From: Actinomycetes bacterium
GTDB taxonomy: Bacteria; Actinomycetota; Thermoleophilia; Solirubrobacterales; 70-9
Length of the DNA stretch: 64,000 nt
Reading direction: 5' to 3'
NCBI GenBank assembly: GCA_023434465.1
Contig: JAEYSQ010000082.1
Coordinates: forward strand, 1,176-65,175
The notes under the pieces were generated by a model, which worked only from the letters and a program-made list of their open reading frames with translations, was not told where the DNA came from and did no database searches. Position 1 is the stretch's first letter; each line of letters begins with the position of its first letter. Shown piece after piece: positions 43,724-53,435 of this stretch. Both the position numbers and the translations under genes were made by a program.

Positions 43724-46068
43724 ACACCGAAACTGAATCCGAAGAGACCCGCAAGGACGTTGAACTGGAGATCGCCGGGATGACATGTGCCTCCTGCGCT
43801 TCCCGGATCGAGAAGAACCTGAACAAGCTCGACGGGGTCGAGGCAAGCGTGAACTACGCCACCGAGAAGGCCAGGGCGAAAGTATCGGACGGAGTCGAAA
43901 CGGATCATCTGATCGCCGCGGTCGAGCAGACCGGATACCGGGCGAAGGAGCCGAAGCCGACCCACGCACACGGCGCCGATCCGGGCGAACACGGCCAGGG
44001 TCACGGCGGTCATGGCGGAGCGCATGATCATGGCGGCATTGCCGGCCCGGAAACCGATCGGGAACTCGAGGCTCTGAGGGGTCGCCTGATCGGCGCAGTC
44101 CTGCTTGCCGTGCCGGTGATCGCGATGTCGATGATCGAAGCCTTCCAGTTCGAGTACTGGCAGTGGGCTTCGCTCACTCTGGCCGCGCCGGTGGTGATCT
44201 GGGCTGCCTGGCCCTTTCACAAGGCGACCTGGCAGAACCTCAAGCACGGTGCGTCGACGATGGACACCCTGGTCACGATGGGGATCAGTGCCGCCTTCAT
44301 CTGGTCGCTTTACGCACTCTTCATCGGCACCGCCGGCGAGCCGGGCATGACCCACCCGTTCGAGATCACCGTCTCGCCGACCGACGGTGCCTCGAACATC
44401 TACCTCGAAGTAGCTGCCGGGGTAACCATGTTCCTGATTGCGGGCCGCTACTTCGAGCTGCGCTCGAAGCGCCGGGCGAGCTCGGCGATGCGGGCACTGC
44501 TCCAGCTCGGAGCCAAGGAAGCGACCGTACTCAGCAACGGCGTGGAATCCACCGTTTCGATCGATGACCTCCAGGTCGGTGACCGGTTCATCGTTCGTCC
44601 GGGGGAGAAAGTCGCGACCGACGGTGAGGTGATCGACGGAGCCTCGGCCATCGACCAGTCGATGCTGACCGGCGAGCCAGTTCCGGTCGAGGTCAGCCCC
44701 GGCGACAGGGTTGCCGGCGCGACCGTCAACTCCGGTGGCCGCCTGGTGGTCCGGGCGACCCGGGTAGGGGCCGACACGCAACTCGCCCAGATGGCGAAGC
44801 TGGTCGAGGACGCCCAGTCCGGCAAGGCTCCGGTCCAGCGCCTGGCCGACCGCATCTCGGCCGTCTTCGTTCCCGTCGTGGTGCTGATCGCCGCCGGCAC
44901 CCTCGGTGCCTGGCTCGGCGCCGGCTTTCCGGCCGAGGCTGCCTTCACGGCCGCAGTTGCGGTCCTGATCATCGCTTGCCCCTGCGCCCTCGGCCTGGCC
45001 ACTCCCACCGCCCTGCTGGTCGGCACCGGCCGCGGTGCCCGCATGGGCATCCTGATCAAAGGACCGGAGATCCTCGAATCCACCCGCAAGGTCGACACGA
45101 TCGTGCTCGACAAGACCGGCACCGTAACCGCTGGGCAGATGACCCTCACTGATGTGATCCTGGCTGACGGCACCGAACGGTCCGAACTGCTCCGCTTGGC
45201 CGGAGGCATCGAGAACGCTTCCGAGCATCCGATCGCCCGGGCGATCGCCAGGTCCGCTACCAACGAGGTCGGCCAGCTGCCCGAGCCCGAAGGATTCTCC
45301 AACGTAGAAGGCCGCGGCGTCCAGGGCGTGATCGAAGGCCACGCGATCCTGGTCGGCCGTGAGTCGCTGCTCGGCGACTGGTCCCAGCGGCTGCCGGCCC
45401 CGCTCTCGACCGCCAAGGCGAAAGCCGAGGCCGAGGGAGCCACGGTCGTCGCGGCGAGTTGGGACGGCGAGGTACGCGGTCTCATGGTCGTTTCCGACAC
45501 GGTCAAGCCGACCAGCGCCGAGGCGATCGTGGAGTTCCGCCAGCTCGGTCTCGAACCGGTGCTACTGACCGGCGACAACGAACCGGCGGCTCGCAAAGTC
45601 GCCTCCGAAGTGGGGATCGGCCAGGTGATCGCCGAGGTCCTGCCGGGTGAGAAGGTCGACGTGATCAAGCGGCTTCAGGGCGAGGGCAAGGTGGTCGCGA
45701 TGGTCGGAGACGGCGTCAACGACGCTCCCGCCCTGGCCCAGGCCAACCTCGGCCTGGCGATGGGAACGGGAACCGACGTCGCGATCGAGGCAGCGGACAT
45801 AACCCTGGTCAGGGGCGATCTGCGCAGTGCCGCCGACGCGATCCGTCTCTCCCGCCGGACCCTCGGCACGATCAAGGTGAACCTCTTCTGGGCCTTCGCT
45901 TACAACGTGGGAGCGATCCCGCTGGCGGCGCTCGGTCTGCTCAACCCGATGCTGGCCGGAGCGGCGATGGCGGTCTCGAGCGTCTTCGTGGTCGGCAACA
46001 GCCTCCGCCTTCGGTCGTTCGGCGGCGGGGCAGAGGAAACAGGCACCGGCAGCGCGAAAGGACAATGA
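43720..46068 (+). CDS. copA: copper-translocating P1B-type ATPase
   Basis: HMA domain [22 protein letters not shown] ([13 protein letters not shown]), [15 protein letters not shown]. Confidence 0.95.
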   Translation: MNTETESEETRKDVELEIAGMTCASCASRIEKNLNKLDGVEASVNYATEKARAKVSDGVETDHLIAAVEQTGYRAKEPKPTHAHGADPGEHGQGHGGHGGAHDHGGIAGPETDRELEALRGRLIGAVLLAVPVIAMSMIEAFQFEYWQWASLTLAAPVVIWAAWPFHKATWQNLKHGASTMDTLVTMGISAAFIWSLYALFIGTAGEPGMTHPFEITVSPTDGASNIYLEVAAGVTMFLIAGRYFELRSKRRASSAMRALLQLGAKEATVLSNGVESTVSIDDLQVGDRFIVRPGEKVATDGEVIDGASAIDQSMLTGEPVPVEVSPGDRVAGATVNSGGRLVVRATRVGADTQLAQMAKLVEDAQSGKAPVQRLADRISAVFVPVVVLIAAGTLGAWLGAGFPAEAAFTAAVAVLIIACPCALGLATPTALLVGTGRGARMGILIKGPEILESTRKVDTIVLDKTGTVTAGQMTLTDVILADGTERSELLRLAGGIENASEHPIARAIARSATNEVGQLPEPEGFSNVEGRGVQGVIEGHAILVGRESLLGDWSQRLPAPLSTAKAKAEAEGATVVAASWDGEVRGLMVVSDTVKPTSAEAIVEFRQLGLEPVLLTGDNEPAARKVASEVGIGQVIAEVLPGEKVDVIKRLQGEGKVVAMVGDGVNDAPALAQANLGLAMGTGTDVAIEAADITLVRGDLRSAADAIRLSRRTLGTIKVNLFWAFAYNVGAIPLAALGLLNPMLAGAAMAVSSVFVVGNSLRLRSFGGGAEETGTGSAKGQ

Positions 46069-46069
46069 C

Positions 46070-46372
46070 ATGGCGGACCAGGCAGAACACGAACACGGTT
46101 ACCTTCACGACAAGGAGCGGTACCTGGCCCGGCTCAAGCGAATCGAAGGCCAGGCCCGCGGTGTCCACCGGATGGTCGAAGAGGACAAGTACTGCATCGA
46201 CATCCTGACCCAGATCAGCGCCCTTACTTCGGCCCTCGAAGGCGTCGCGATCGGGCTGCTCGACGAGCACCTCAAGCATTGCGTAGTCGACGCTGCGAAA
46301 GAGGGCGGCCCGGAAGCCGACGAGAAGATCAAGGAAGCATCCGACGCGATCGCGCGCCTGGTCAAGTCCTGA
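46070..46372 (+). CDS. csoR: copper-sensing repressor CsoR (CsoR/RcnR family)
   Basis: RLKRIEGQARGVHRMVEEDKYCIDILTQISA...LLDEHLKHC, the Cu(I)-type Cys/His/Cys pattern. It starts 2 nt after the copA stop. Confidence 0.9.
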   Translation: MADQAEHEHGYLHDKERYLARLKRIEGQARGVHRMVEEDKYCIDILTQISALTSALEGVAIGLLDEHLKHCVVDAAKEGGPEADEKIKEASDAIARLVKS

Positions 46373-46377
46373 GGACT

Positions 46378-46878
46378 ATGATCCAGCGGTCAACGACGAA
46401 GCCTCAGGGGGCTCAATTGAATTTCAGGGAGAGCGCAGTCAAGTTGGTCATGGTGCTGGGAGCGATCGCTGCCTGTTTCGCGCTGACCGCACCGGCAACT
46501 TCGGCCGGAGCCTCGAAGCCCCCGGTCGTCTGGATCGATCTGGCCGGGACGGCCAGGCAACATCCCGGATTCGTCTACTTTTCGGCCAATTCCGGATCAC
46601 AGGTGCACAGCATCAAGTGGAACGGCTGGGGTAAGGGGAAAGCGGTCGGAAAGGGTAAGTACCGGGTCACCTCACCGCCGCCGCCTGGCCGCAAGAACCC
46701 CCGGGGACCGGCCAGGATCGTCGCCTTCAAGCCGGTCAGTTGCGTGCCGGAGTTCGGGAACCGACGAGGCAGGACGGTGCGGGTCTACCGTCACGCCAGG
46801 ATGCTGCGACCAGTGCCGGAAGGCGGGCGCAAGTGGGTCGACATCTCCGACTACACGGGCTGGAACGTCTGCAGGTAG
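46378..46878 (+). CDS. secreted protein, unknown function
   Basis: Signal peptide VKLVMVLGAIAACFALTAPATSAGA, then a Lys/Gly/Pro-rich domain. No family recognised. Confidence 0.5.
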   Translation: MIQRSTTKPQGAQLNFRESAVKLVMVLGAIAACFALTAPATSAGASKPPVVWIDLAGTARQHPGFVYFSANSGSQVHSIKWNGWGKGKAVGKGKYRVTSPPPPGRKNPRGPARIVAFKPVSCVPEFGNRRGRTVRVYRHARMLRPVPEGGRKWVDISDYTGWNVCR

Positions 46879-46899
46879 TTCCTCAGGTTCAGGTTCCTC

Positions 46900-49275
46900 T
46901 CAGTTGCCGCTGACGTACTCGGCCAGGTGCTTGGCCGTAAGCGTCTTGCCGGCCTTGACCAGGTCGGCCGGAGTGCCGTCGAAGACGACCTTTCCGCCTT
47001 CCTGACCGGCCCCTGGTCCCAGGTCGATGATCCAGTCGGCATGGGCCATGACTGCCTGATGGTGTTCGATCACGATCACTGACTTGCCCGAGTCGACCAG
47101 CTGGTCGAGCAGGCCGAGTAGCTGCTCGACGTCAGCGAGGTGAAGCCCGGTGGTCGGCTCGTCGAGAACGTAGATCTCTCCCTTGCCCGCCATCTCGGTG
47201 GCCAGCTTGAGGCGCTGTCGTTCACCGCCGGAGAGGGTGGTCAGAGGCTGCCCGATCGTCAGGTAGCCGAGCCCGACGTCGAACAGGCGCTGGAGCACCT
47301 TTGCCGCGTTCGGTGTGTTCGCGTCCCCATCGCTGAAGAAGGCCAGCGCTTCCTCAACCGGCATGTCGAGGACCTCGCTGATGTCGCGGCCACCGTACCT
47401 GTACTCGAGGACCGAGGCCTGGAAACGCTTGCCCTCGCACTCCTCGCAGGGAGTGGAGACCGAGGCCATGATCCCCAGGTCCGTGTAGATGACGCCGGCT
47501 CCGTTGCAGACAGGACAGGCCCCGTCCGAGTTGGCGCTGAAAAGGCCGGGCTTGACCCCGTTCTCCTTGGCGAAGGCCTTGCGGATCGGATCGAGCAGAC
47601 CGCTGTAGGTGGCCGGATTGCTCCGCCGTGAGCCGCGGATCGGATCCTGGTTGACCGTGACCACTCCTTCGGCTCCAGTCACCGAGCCGTCGATCAGGGA
47701 GCTCTTGCCGGAGCCTGCCACGCCGGTGATCACGGTCAACAGCCCGAGCGGGATGTCCACGTCCACCTTCTGCAGGTTGTTGCGGTCGGCGCCGCGGATC
47801 TCGAACGTCCCGGACGCTTCGCGGACCTCGTCCTTGAGCCGGGTCCGGTCGTCAAGGTGACGGCCGGTGATCGTGTCGCTCTCCCGCAACCCGGCAAAGT
47901 CCCCTTCGAAGCAGACCTCGCCACCCGCGCTTCCGGCCTTCGGACCGAGGTCGACGATGTGGTCGGCGATCCCGATCACCTCCGGCTTGTGTTCGACGAC
48001 CAGGACTGTGTTTCCCTTGTCCCTGAGCCGGAGCAGGAGCCCGTTCATGCGCTCGATGTCATGCGGATGCATGCCGGCGGTCGGTTCGTCGAACACATAG
48101 GTCACGTCGGTGAGCGAAGAGCCGAGCTGCCGGATCATCTTGACCCGCTGCGCCTCGCCACCGGAGAGGGTGCCGGAAGACCGCTCGAGCGAAAGGTAGC
48201 CCAGCCCGATCTCGACGAAGGAATCGAGGTTCGCCTTCAGCGCCTCGAGCAGGGGGGCCATCGATGGTTCCTTCAGCCCGTCCACCCACGCGGCCAGGTC
48301 GCTGATCTGCATTCGGCAGAGATCAGCGATGCTTTTTCCTTTGATCTTCGACGAGCGTGCCTCTTCGCTGAGCCGGGTGCCGTCACATTCAGGGCAGGCC
48401 GAGAACTTGATCACCCGGTCGACGAAGGCCCGGATGTGGGGCTGCATCGCCTCGCGGTCCTTGCTCAGCATCGATCTCTCGACGGTCGGGATCACCCCTT
48501 CGTAGGTGAGATTGGTTCCTTCGATCTTGAGCTTCGTGGGCTCCTTGTAGAGCAGGTCGTCGAGTTCTTTCTTCTTGAACTTGCCGATCGGCTTGTCCAT
48601 GTCAAAGAAGCCGCAACCGCGGAAGATCCGGCCGTACCAGCCTTCCATGCTGTACCCGGGGACCTTGAGTGCTCCATCGTTGAGGGAGAGGCTGTCGTCA
48701 TAGAGCTCGGTCAGATCGAAGTTGGAAACCGTGCCGCGGCCCTCGCAGTTCGGGCACATCCCGCCGACCCGCTTGAAGGTCACCTTCTTCGCCTTCTCCT
48801 GGCCCTTTTTCAAGACCCCGGTGCCCTCGGCGGTCTGGACGTTGAACGAGAAGGCCTGCGGTGAGCCGACCTGCGGTTTGCCGATCCGGCTGTAGAGGAT
48901 CCGTAGCAACGCGTTGGCATCGGTGACGGTACCCACAGTGGATCGGGCGTCACCGCCGAGGCGTTCCTGGTCCACGGTGATCGCGGTCGTCAGACCGTCG
49001 AGTACGTCCACGTCGGGTCGCGCGGAGGCTGGCATGAGACCCTGCAGGAAAGCGCTGTAGGTCTCGTTGATCAGCCGTTTGGATTCAGCTGCGATCGTGC
49101 CGAAGACCAGCGAGCTCTTGCCCGATCCCGAGATCCCCGTGAAGGCGGTCAGCCTCCGCTTCGGGATCTCGATGTCGACGTCCCTGAGGTTATTGACCCG
49201 GGCCCCGGTGACCCGGATCCGGTCGTGGCTGTCCGCTGCGGTAATCGCAGGCCCCTTTGATTTCTTACTGGCCAT
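46900..49275 (-). CDS. UvrA paralogue (short, class II/DrrC-like excinuclease ATPase)
   Basis: Two ABC modules (GISGSGKSS/LSGGEAQR and GVAGSGKSS/LSGGERQR) and four Zn-finger CxxC pairs (CPNCEGRG, CPECDGTR, CPVCNGAG, CEECEGKR). It is 791 aa, markedly shorter than canonical UvrA. Confidence 0.9.
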   Translation of the reverse strand: MASKKSKGPAITAADSHDRIRVTGARVNNLRDVDIEIPKRRLTAFTGISGSGKSSLVFGTIAAESKRLINETYSAFLQGLMPASARPDVDVLDGLTTAITVDQERLGGDARSTVGTVTDANALLRILYSRIGKPQVGSPQAFSFNVQTAEGTGVLKKGQEKAKKVTFKRVGGMCPNCEGRGTVSNFDLTELYDDSLSLNDGALKVPGYSMEGWYGRIFRGCGFFDMDKPIGKFKKKELDDLLYKEPTKLKIEGTNLTYEGVIPTVERSMLSKDREAMQPHIRAFVDRVIKFSACPECDGTRLSEEARSSKIKGKSIADLCRMQISDLAAWVDGLKEPSMAPLLEALKANLDSFVEIGLGYLSLERSSGTLSGGEAQRVKMIRQLGSSLTDVTYVFDEPTAGMHPHDIERMNGLLLRLRDKGNTVLVVEHKPEVIGIADHIVDLGPKAGSAGGEVCFEGDFAGLRESDTITGRHLDDRTRLKDEVREASGTFEIRGADRNNLQKVDVDIPLGLLTVITGVAGSGKSSLIDGSVTGAEGVVTVNQDPIRGSRRSNPATYSGLLDPIRKAFAKENGVKPGLFSANSDGACPVCNGAGVIYTDLGIMASVSTPCEECEGKRFQASVLEYRYGGRDISEVLDMPVEEALAFFSDGDANTPNAAKVLQRLFDVGLGYLTIGQPLTTLSGGERQRLKLATEMAGKGEIYVLDEPTTGLHLADVEQLLGLLDQLVDSGKSVIVIEHHQAVMAHADWIIDLGPGAGQEGGKVVFDGTPADLVKAGKTLTAKHLAEYVSGN

Positions 49276-49285
49276 GGGCGGAACC

Positions 49286-49699
49286 CTAGGAAGCAGCCTG
49301 GTTGATTCGGATCATGTTGCCAGCCGGATCCCGGATCGCGCAGTCCCGGAGTCCATAAGGCTGGTCGACCGGTTCCTGGACGATCTCGGCCCCCCGGCCC
49401 TGAATTTCGCTGAAGTCCGTATCGAGATCGGTCGAGGTCAGGGTGAGCATCGCGAAGGTGCCCTTGGCCATCATCTCGGCGATCGCCCGCTTCTCATCTT
49501 CGGTCAGTCCGGGGGTTGCCTCGGGCGGGTAGAGCACAATCGCCACGTCCGGCTGGCCTTCCGGCCCGACCGTGATCCATCGCATCTCGCCCTTGCCAAC
49601 ATCGAGGCGGACCTCGAATCCGAGCACGTCGCGATAGAACCCGATTGCCGCCTCCGGGTCATTCTGGGGGAGGAAGGTGTTGTTGATCTTGATGTCCAT
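49286..49699 (-). CDS. VOC (glyoxalase/bleomycin-resistance/dioxygenase) family protein
   Basis: MDIKINNTFLPQNDPEAAIGFYRDVLGFEV... 137 aa. Its start lies 10 nt after the AraC stop, and its stop lies 10 nt before the uvrA-like start. Confidence 0.85.
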   Translation of the reverse strand: MDIKINNTFLPQNDPEAAIGFYRDVLGFEVRLDVGKGEMRWITVGPEGQPDVAIVLYPPEATPGLTEDEKRAIAEMMAKGTFAMLTLTSTDLDTDFSEIQGRGAEIVQEPVDQPYGLRDCAIRDPAGNMIRINQAAS

Positions 49700-49709
49700 G
49701 AAAGCCACC

Positions 49710-50153
49710 CTATTCACGGTCCGGCCGGTTGACTTCTCGATTCCTGATCGGTCTCGAAACCTGCTTCTCGACGCAGGCCGGGAGCCCGGGCTTTCCGCCG
49801 GCAGCACGGGCGCGGTAAGCGCCGGGCGGCAGGCCGACCAGCTCGGTGAAGCGGGTGGTGAAAGTGCCAAGTGAAGCCACCCCGACCTCGAAACAGACTT
49901 CGGTCACGCTCAGATCACCCCGGCGGAGCAGCGCCATCGCGCGTTCGATGCGCCTCGTCATCAGGTAGCTGTACGGGGACTCGCCGTAGGCCTCCTTGAA
50001 TCGGCGACTGAAGTGTCCGGGGGACATGTTGGCGTCACGGGCGAGGGCTTCGACATCGAGCGGCTGCGCGTATTCGCGGTCGATCCGGTCCCGTACCCGC
50101 CTCAACCTCGCCAAGTCGTCGAGCCGCTGGTCGTTGGAGGCTGTCGCTTTCAT
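49710..50153 (-). CDS. AraC-family transcriptional regulator (HTH-only type)
   Basis: Dual HTH: LDVEALARDANMSPGHFSRRFKEAYGESPYSYLMTRRIERA...VTEVCFEVGVASLGTFTTRF. Confidence 0.85.
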   Translation of the reverse strand: MKATASNDQRLDDLARLRRVRDRIDREYAQPLDVEALARDANMSPGHFSRRFKEAYGESPYSYLMTRRIERAMALLRRGDLSVTEVCFEVGVASLGTFTTRFTELVGLPPGAYRARAAGGKPGLPACVEKQVSRPIRNREVNRPDRE

Positions 50154-50221
50154 CCGTTCATCGTTTCACCTCGACCGTGGCGGGTAGCCCGACCAGTCAG
50201 TGCCATACGAAAGGAGGCAGC

Positions 50222-50644
50222 ATGAGCAAGACAGCAAGAGAAGTGATGACCGGTGGTGCGGAATGCATCAACGAGTCCGATTCAGTCAGCCGCGCGGCTT
50301 CGAGGATGGCCGAGCTCGACGTGGGCGCGATGCCGATCTGCGGGGAAGACGACCGCTTGAAAGGCATGCTCACTGACCGCGACATCGTGATCAAGGTGAT
50401 CGCGGAGGGCAGGGACCCCGAGCAGGTGACCGCTGGCGAGTTCGGCCAGGGCAAACCGGTCACTGTCGGGGCGGACGATTCGGTCGAAGTTGCGATCGAG
50501 ACGATGAAGGAGCACGCCGTTCGACGGTTGCCCGTCATCGACGGTCACGACCTGATCGGGATCGTGAGCCAGGGTGACCTCGCCCAGGAGGTTTCCGGCG
50601 ATGCGGCCGGCGAACTCGTAGAGGCGATCTCCTCAGCACCCTGA
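50222..50644 (+). CDS. CBS-domain pair protein
   Basis: ARELMTxx-type CBS repeats (AREVMTGGAECINESDSV...; AVRRLPVIDGHDLIGIVSQGDL). ATG 50222 is preceded by GAAAGGAGG. Confidence 0.88.
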   Translation: MSKTAREVMTGGAECINESDSVSRAASRMAELDVGAMPICGEDDRLKGMLTDRDIVIKVIAEGRDPEQVTAGEFGQGKPVTVGADDSVEVAIETMKEHAVRRLPVIDGHDLIGIVSQGDLAQEVSGDAAGELVEAISSAP

Positions 50645-50653
50645 GTCCCGGGG

Positions 50654-50687
50654 CCGGGGGTGCCGCCTCTCCTGGCGGCGTCCCCGG
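50654..50687. terminator. possible bidirectional terminator hairpin
   Basis: CCGGGGgtGCCGCC-tctcct-GGCGGCgtCCCCGG forms a 6+6 bp stem with a 2-nt internal mismatch. It lies between convergent genes, and the following T-tract is weak (ttcttc). Confidence 0.35.
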
Positions 50688-50699
50688 TTCTTCACTTGG

Positions 50700-51629
50700 C
50701 TACCAGGGGAGCTTCTGGGATTCACTCAGAACCGGAGCGAACGGATCTCCGCTCTCGAGCAGGTCTCGGAGGACACGCTCGGGTTTGAAGGAGAGGGTCG
50801 AGGCGTCGGAGCGATCCAGGGCCCGCTCCAGTTGCTCCCAGCCGACCGGCGCCGACACCGAGGGATCGGCCTTGGCCCTCATCGAGTAGGCCGCGACCGT
50901 GGTCTTGTGCTCCGAGTTCTGGCTCCAGTCGATCAGGATCTTCCCCTTGCGGAGAGCCTTTCGCATCTTCGAGACGATCCGGTCGGGCATCTCATCCTCG
51001 AAGGCCCTGGCTAGGGAGTGGGCGAAGTCACCGGTCCGCGCGTACCGCGCCCTCGAGTTGAGCGGCACGTAGACCTGGATGCCCTTGGAGCCGGAGACTT
51101 TCGCCCAGGAGTCGAGTTCCTGGCCCTTCAGCGTGTCGTGGATCAGCAGCGCGATCTCGGCGCAGTCGAGGAGGTCAACCCCCTCGCCAGGGTCGAGATC
51201 GAAGACCATGAAGTCGGGAGTCTTTCGCCGCGTGGCCCGGGCTAGCGAGAGATGGAGCTCGATACAGGCCAGGTTGGCGACCCAGATCAGGGTCGGGAGA
51301 TCGTTGACCAGGCAGTAGCGGACTTTTCCCCGGGGTGAGGACGAACTCTTGATCGAAGCTGTGGCAACCCAGTCTGGCCGGTGGTCGGGGCACTGCTTCT
51401 CCCAGAAGCCCTCGCCGTCGACCCCTCCCGGAAACCGCCTCATGCTCAGCGGACGGTTCTCCAGATGGGGGAGGAGCAGGGGCGAGACGGCCGCGTAGTA
51501 ATCGATCAGGTCCCCCTTGGTGAACCCCGACTTCGGGTAGAGCACCCGGTCGAGGTTCGACAGCTGGATGGTCCGGCCTTCGACTACCAGCTCGGCTTTC
51601 TCCGGACCACCCGTGGCGGAGCTTGTCAC
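50700..51629 (-). CDS. stand-alone LigD-type polymerase/primase (NHEJ Prim-Pol) domain protein
   Basis: LSNLDRVLYPKSGFTKGDLIDYY, catalytic FDLDPGEG, SGSKGIQVYVPL, ILIDWSQNSEH. Start trimmed to GTG 51629, just after the ligase stop. Confidence 0.85.
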   Translation of the reverse strand: MTSSATGGPEKAELVVEGRTIQLSNLDRVLYPKSGFTKGDLIDYYAAVSPLLLPHLENRPLSMRRFPGGVDGEGFWEKQCPDHRPDWVATASIKSSSSPRGKVRYCLVNDLPTLIWVANLACIELHLSLARATRRKTPDFMVFDLDPGEGVDLLDCAEIALLIHDTLKGQELDSWAKVSGSKGIQVYVPLNSRARYARTGDFAHSLARAFEDEMPDRIVSKMRKALRKGKILIDWSQNSEHKTTVAAYSMRAKADPSVSAPVGWEQLERALDRSDASTLSFKPERVLRDLLESGDPFAPVLSESQKLPW

Positions 51630-51658
51630 CCGTTTCTCCCTCGCGAGCCGCAGGCCGC

Positions 51659-52594
51659 TCAAGCTTCTTCCCTCACCACTTCGGCCGGTGACTTGTCCGG
51701 GCGGAACCCGAGGAAGACCGGGTTGCGCAGGCGGCCTTCCCGGGTCCACTGGGTGAACCGGACCTCGACGACCTTTCCGGGAGGGCACCAACGGGCGTCC
51801 CTCGGAATGACGTCGAGGTCCTCTTGCGCAAACGGGGAAGAATCGATTCGTCCGGCCTCGAGCTCGATAGTCAGTTCCTGCAGTAGCCGGTCGTCCATCC
51901 CGGTTCCGACCCGTCCCGCGAACCGGAACTCCCCGGCATCCCAGTAGCCGACCAGGAGCGCTCCGAGGGTAGAGCTGCGGTGTCCCTTGCCTGGCAGCCA
52001 GCCACCGATCACGAATTCCTGTCGCCGCTGGTGCTTGACCTTGAGCCAGTAGCGGCTGCGCTTCCCTTCGACGTAGGGGCCTTCCGGGTTCTTGGCGACG
52101 ATGCCTTCGAGACCGAGTTCCGCGGTGGCGGCGAGGGCTTCCTCGAGGGTGGCGTCGATCCGTTCGGGAGCAGACCAGTGCTCTCCCCGCAGGTCCAGGG
52201 ATTCCAGCTCCGCCCGGCGCTCGGTGTAGGGCAGTGACCTCAGGTCCCGGCCATCGGTCCAGAGCAGATCGAAGATCATGAAATGGGTAAGCAGACCACG
52301 CTCCCTTCGTGACTGCATAAGTTGGAAGTCCGGGCGGCCTCCCTCGTCGAGAACGACGATTTCACCGTCAAGGATCGTTCCGCGGGCATTCGCTTCCTCG
52401 GCCAGACCGGCCAGTTCGGGGAAATCCGCCGTGATCCGGTTCAGACGCCGGCCCTGAAGGCGAAAGCGGTTTCCGCAGAAGGCGATCGCCCGGTAGCCGT
52501 CCCATTTGATTTCGAACTGCCAGCCGCTTCCGGAGGGGGGATCCTCCAGGCGGGCCTTCATCGGTTCGATCGTGGGTGGCATCGCCTTCGGCAT
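51659..52594 (-). CDS. ATP-dependent DNA ligase (LigD ligase-domain / LigC-like)
   Basis: Motif I FEIKWDGYR (adenylation Lys), LDGEIVVL, FMIFDLL, EGIVAK, and WLKVK. The start is ambiguous between 52594 and 52630. Confidence 0.88.
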   Translation of the reverse strand: MPKAMPPTIEPMKARLEDPPSGSGWQFEIKWDGYRAIAFCGNRFRLQGRRLNRITADFPELAGLAEEANARGTILDGEIVVLDEGGRPDFQLMQSRRERGLLTHFMIFDLLWTDGRDLRSLPYTERRAELESLDLRGEHWSAPERIDATLEEALAATAELGLEGIVAKNPEGPYVEGKRSRYWLKVKHQRRQEFVIGGWLPGKGHRSSTLGALLVGYWDAGEFRFAGRVGTGMDDRLLQELTIELEAGRIDSSPFAQEDLDVIPRDARWCPPGKVVEVRFTQWTREGRLRNPVFLGFRPDKSPAEVVREEA

Positions 52595-52655
52595 GGCTTC
52601 TCGCAGATACCCTCTCAAACGCTTCACCATTCAGTCCAGGGGGTACGGTGAAACC

Positions 52656-53435
52656 ATGGCACCTCGGTCAATCTGGAACGGAACCGTCTCGTTCGGGCTC
52701 GTGCGCGTCCCGATCAAGCTCTACTCGGCGATCGATCCGAAGGGCATCGCCTTCCGGGAGATTCACACCAAGGACGATTCGCTGCTCAAGCATCGTCTCG
52801 TATGTAAAAAGGAAGACAAGGTCGTCGAGCGGAGCGAAATCGCCAAGGGATACGAAGTACGTCCGGACCGATATGTCCTGCTCGACGCGGACGAGATCAA
52901 GGCGGCCAGCGGTGATCGCCCGAAAACGATCGAGATCGATGAGTTCGTGGACGTCACGGCGATCGATCCGTTCTTTTTTGCCAAGTCCTATTACCTGGGC
53001 GTGAGGGATTTCAGCGAACCCTACGAGCTGTTCGCGGCAGCCCTGACCGAGACCGGCAAAGCTGGAATCGGACGTTTCACCTTCCACAACCGGGAGTACC
53101 TGTGTGCGATCAGAGCCGATGGCGAACGCCTGATGCTCCACACCTTGCGCTTTGACGACGAGGTGATCAAACCCGATGACATCGACCTGCCGGGTGGCGG
53201 CAAGGCGCCAACCAAGAAGGAAGTCACTCTCGCGCGCAAGCTGGTCGAGGGGCTGACCGAAGATTTCGAGCCCGGCGAGTATCAGGACGAATACAGGGCG
53301 GCCGTGATGGACCTGATCGACCGCAAGGCTGCGGGAAAGAAAGCGCCGAAGAAACGACGCAGGAAACGGCAAAAGGCTGACGGCCTGGCGGATGCTCTCG
53401 AGAAGAGCCTGGCCGCGCAGGGAGCAAAGGGCTGA
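52656..53435 (+). CDS. ku: Ku protein, paralogue 1 (basic Lys/Arg tail)
   Basis: RSIWNGTVSFGLVRVPIKLYSA, FREIH, TIEIDEFV, NREYLCAIR. The C-terminus is AGKKAPKKRRRKRQK. Confidence 0.92.
   Translation: MAPRSIWNGTVSFGLVRVPIKLYSAIDPKGIAFREIHTKDDSLLKHRLVCKKEDKVVERSEIAKGYEVRPDRYVLLDADEIKAASGDRPKTIEIDEFVDVTAIDPFFFAKSYYLGVRDFSEPYELFAAALTETGKAGIGRFTFHNREYLCAIRADGERLMLHTLRFDDEVIKPDDIDLPGGGKAPTKKEVTLARKLVEGLTEDFEPGEYQDEYRAAVMDLIDRKAAGKKAPKKRRRKRQKADGLADALEKSLAAQGAKG

Noticed and set aside
43660-45668. 560-aa and 406-aa minus-strand ORFs antisense to copA
   Set aside because: These are shadow frames of a P-type ATPase gene with all canonical motifs on the plus strand.
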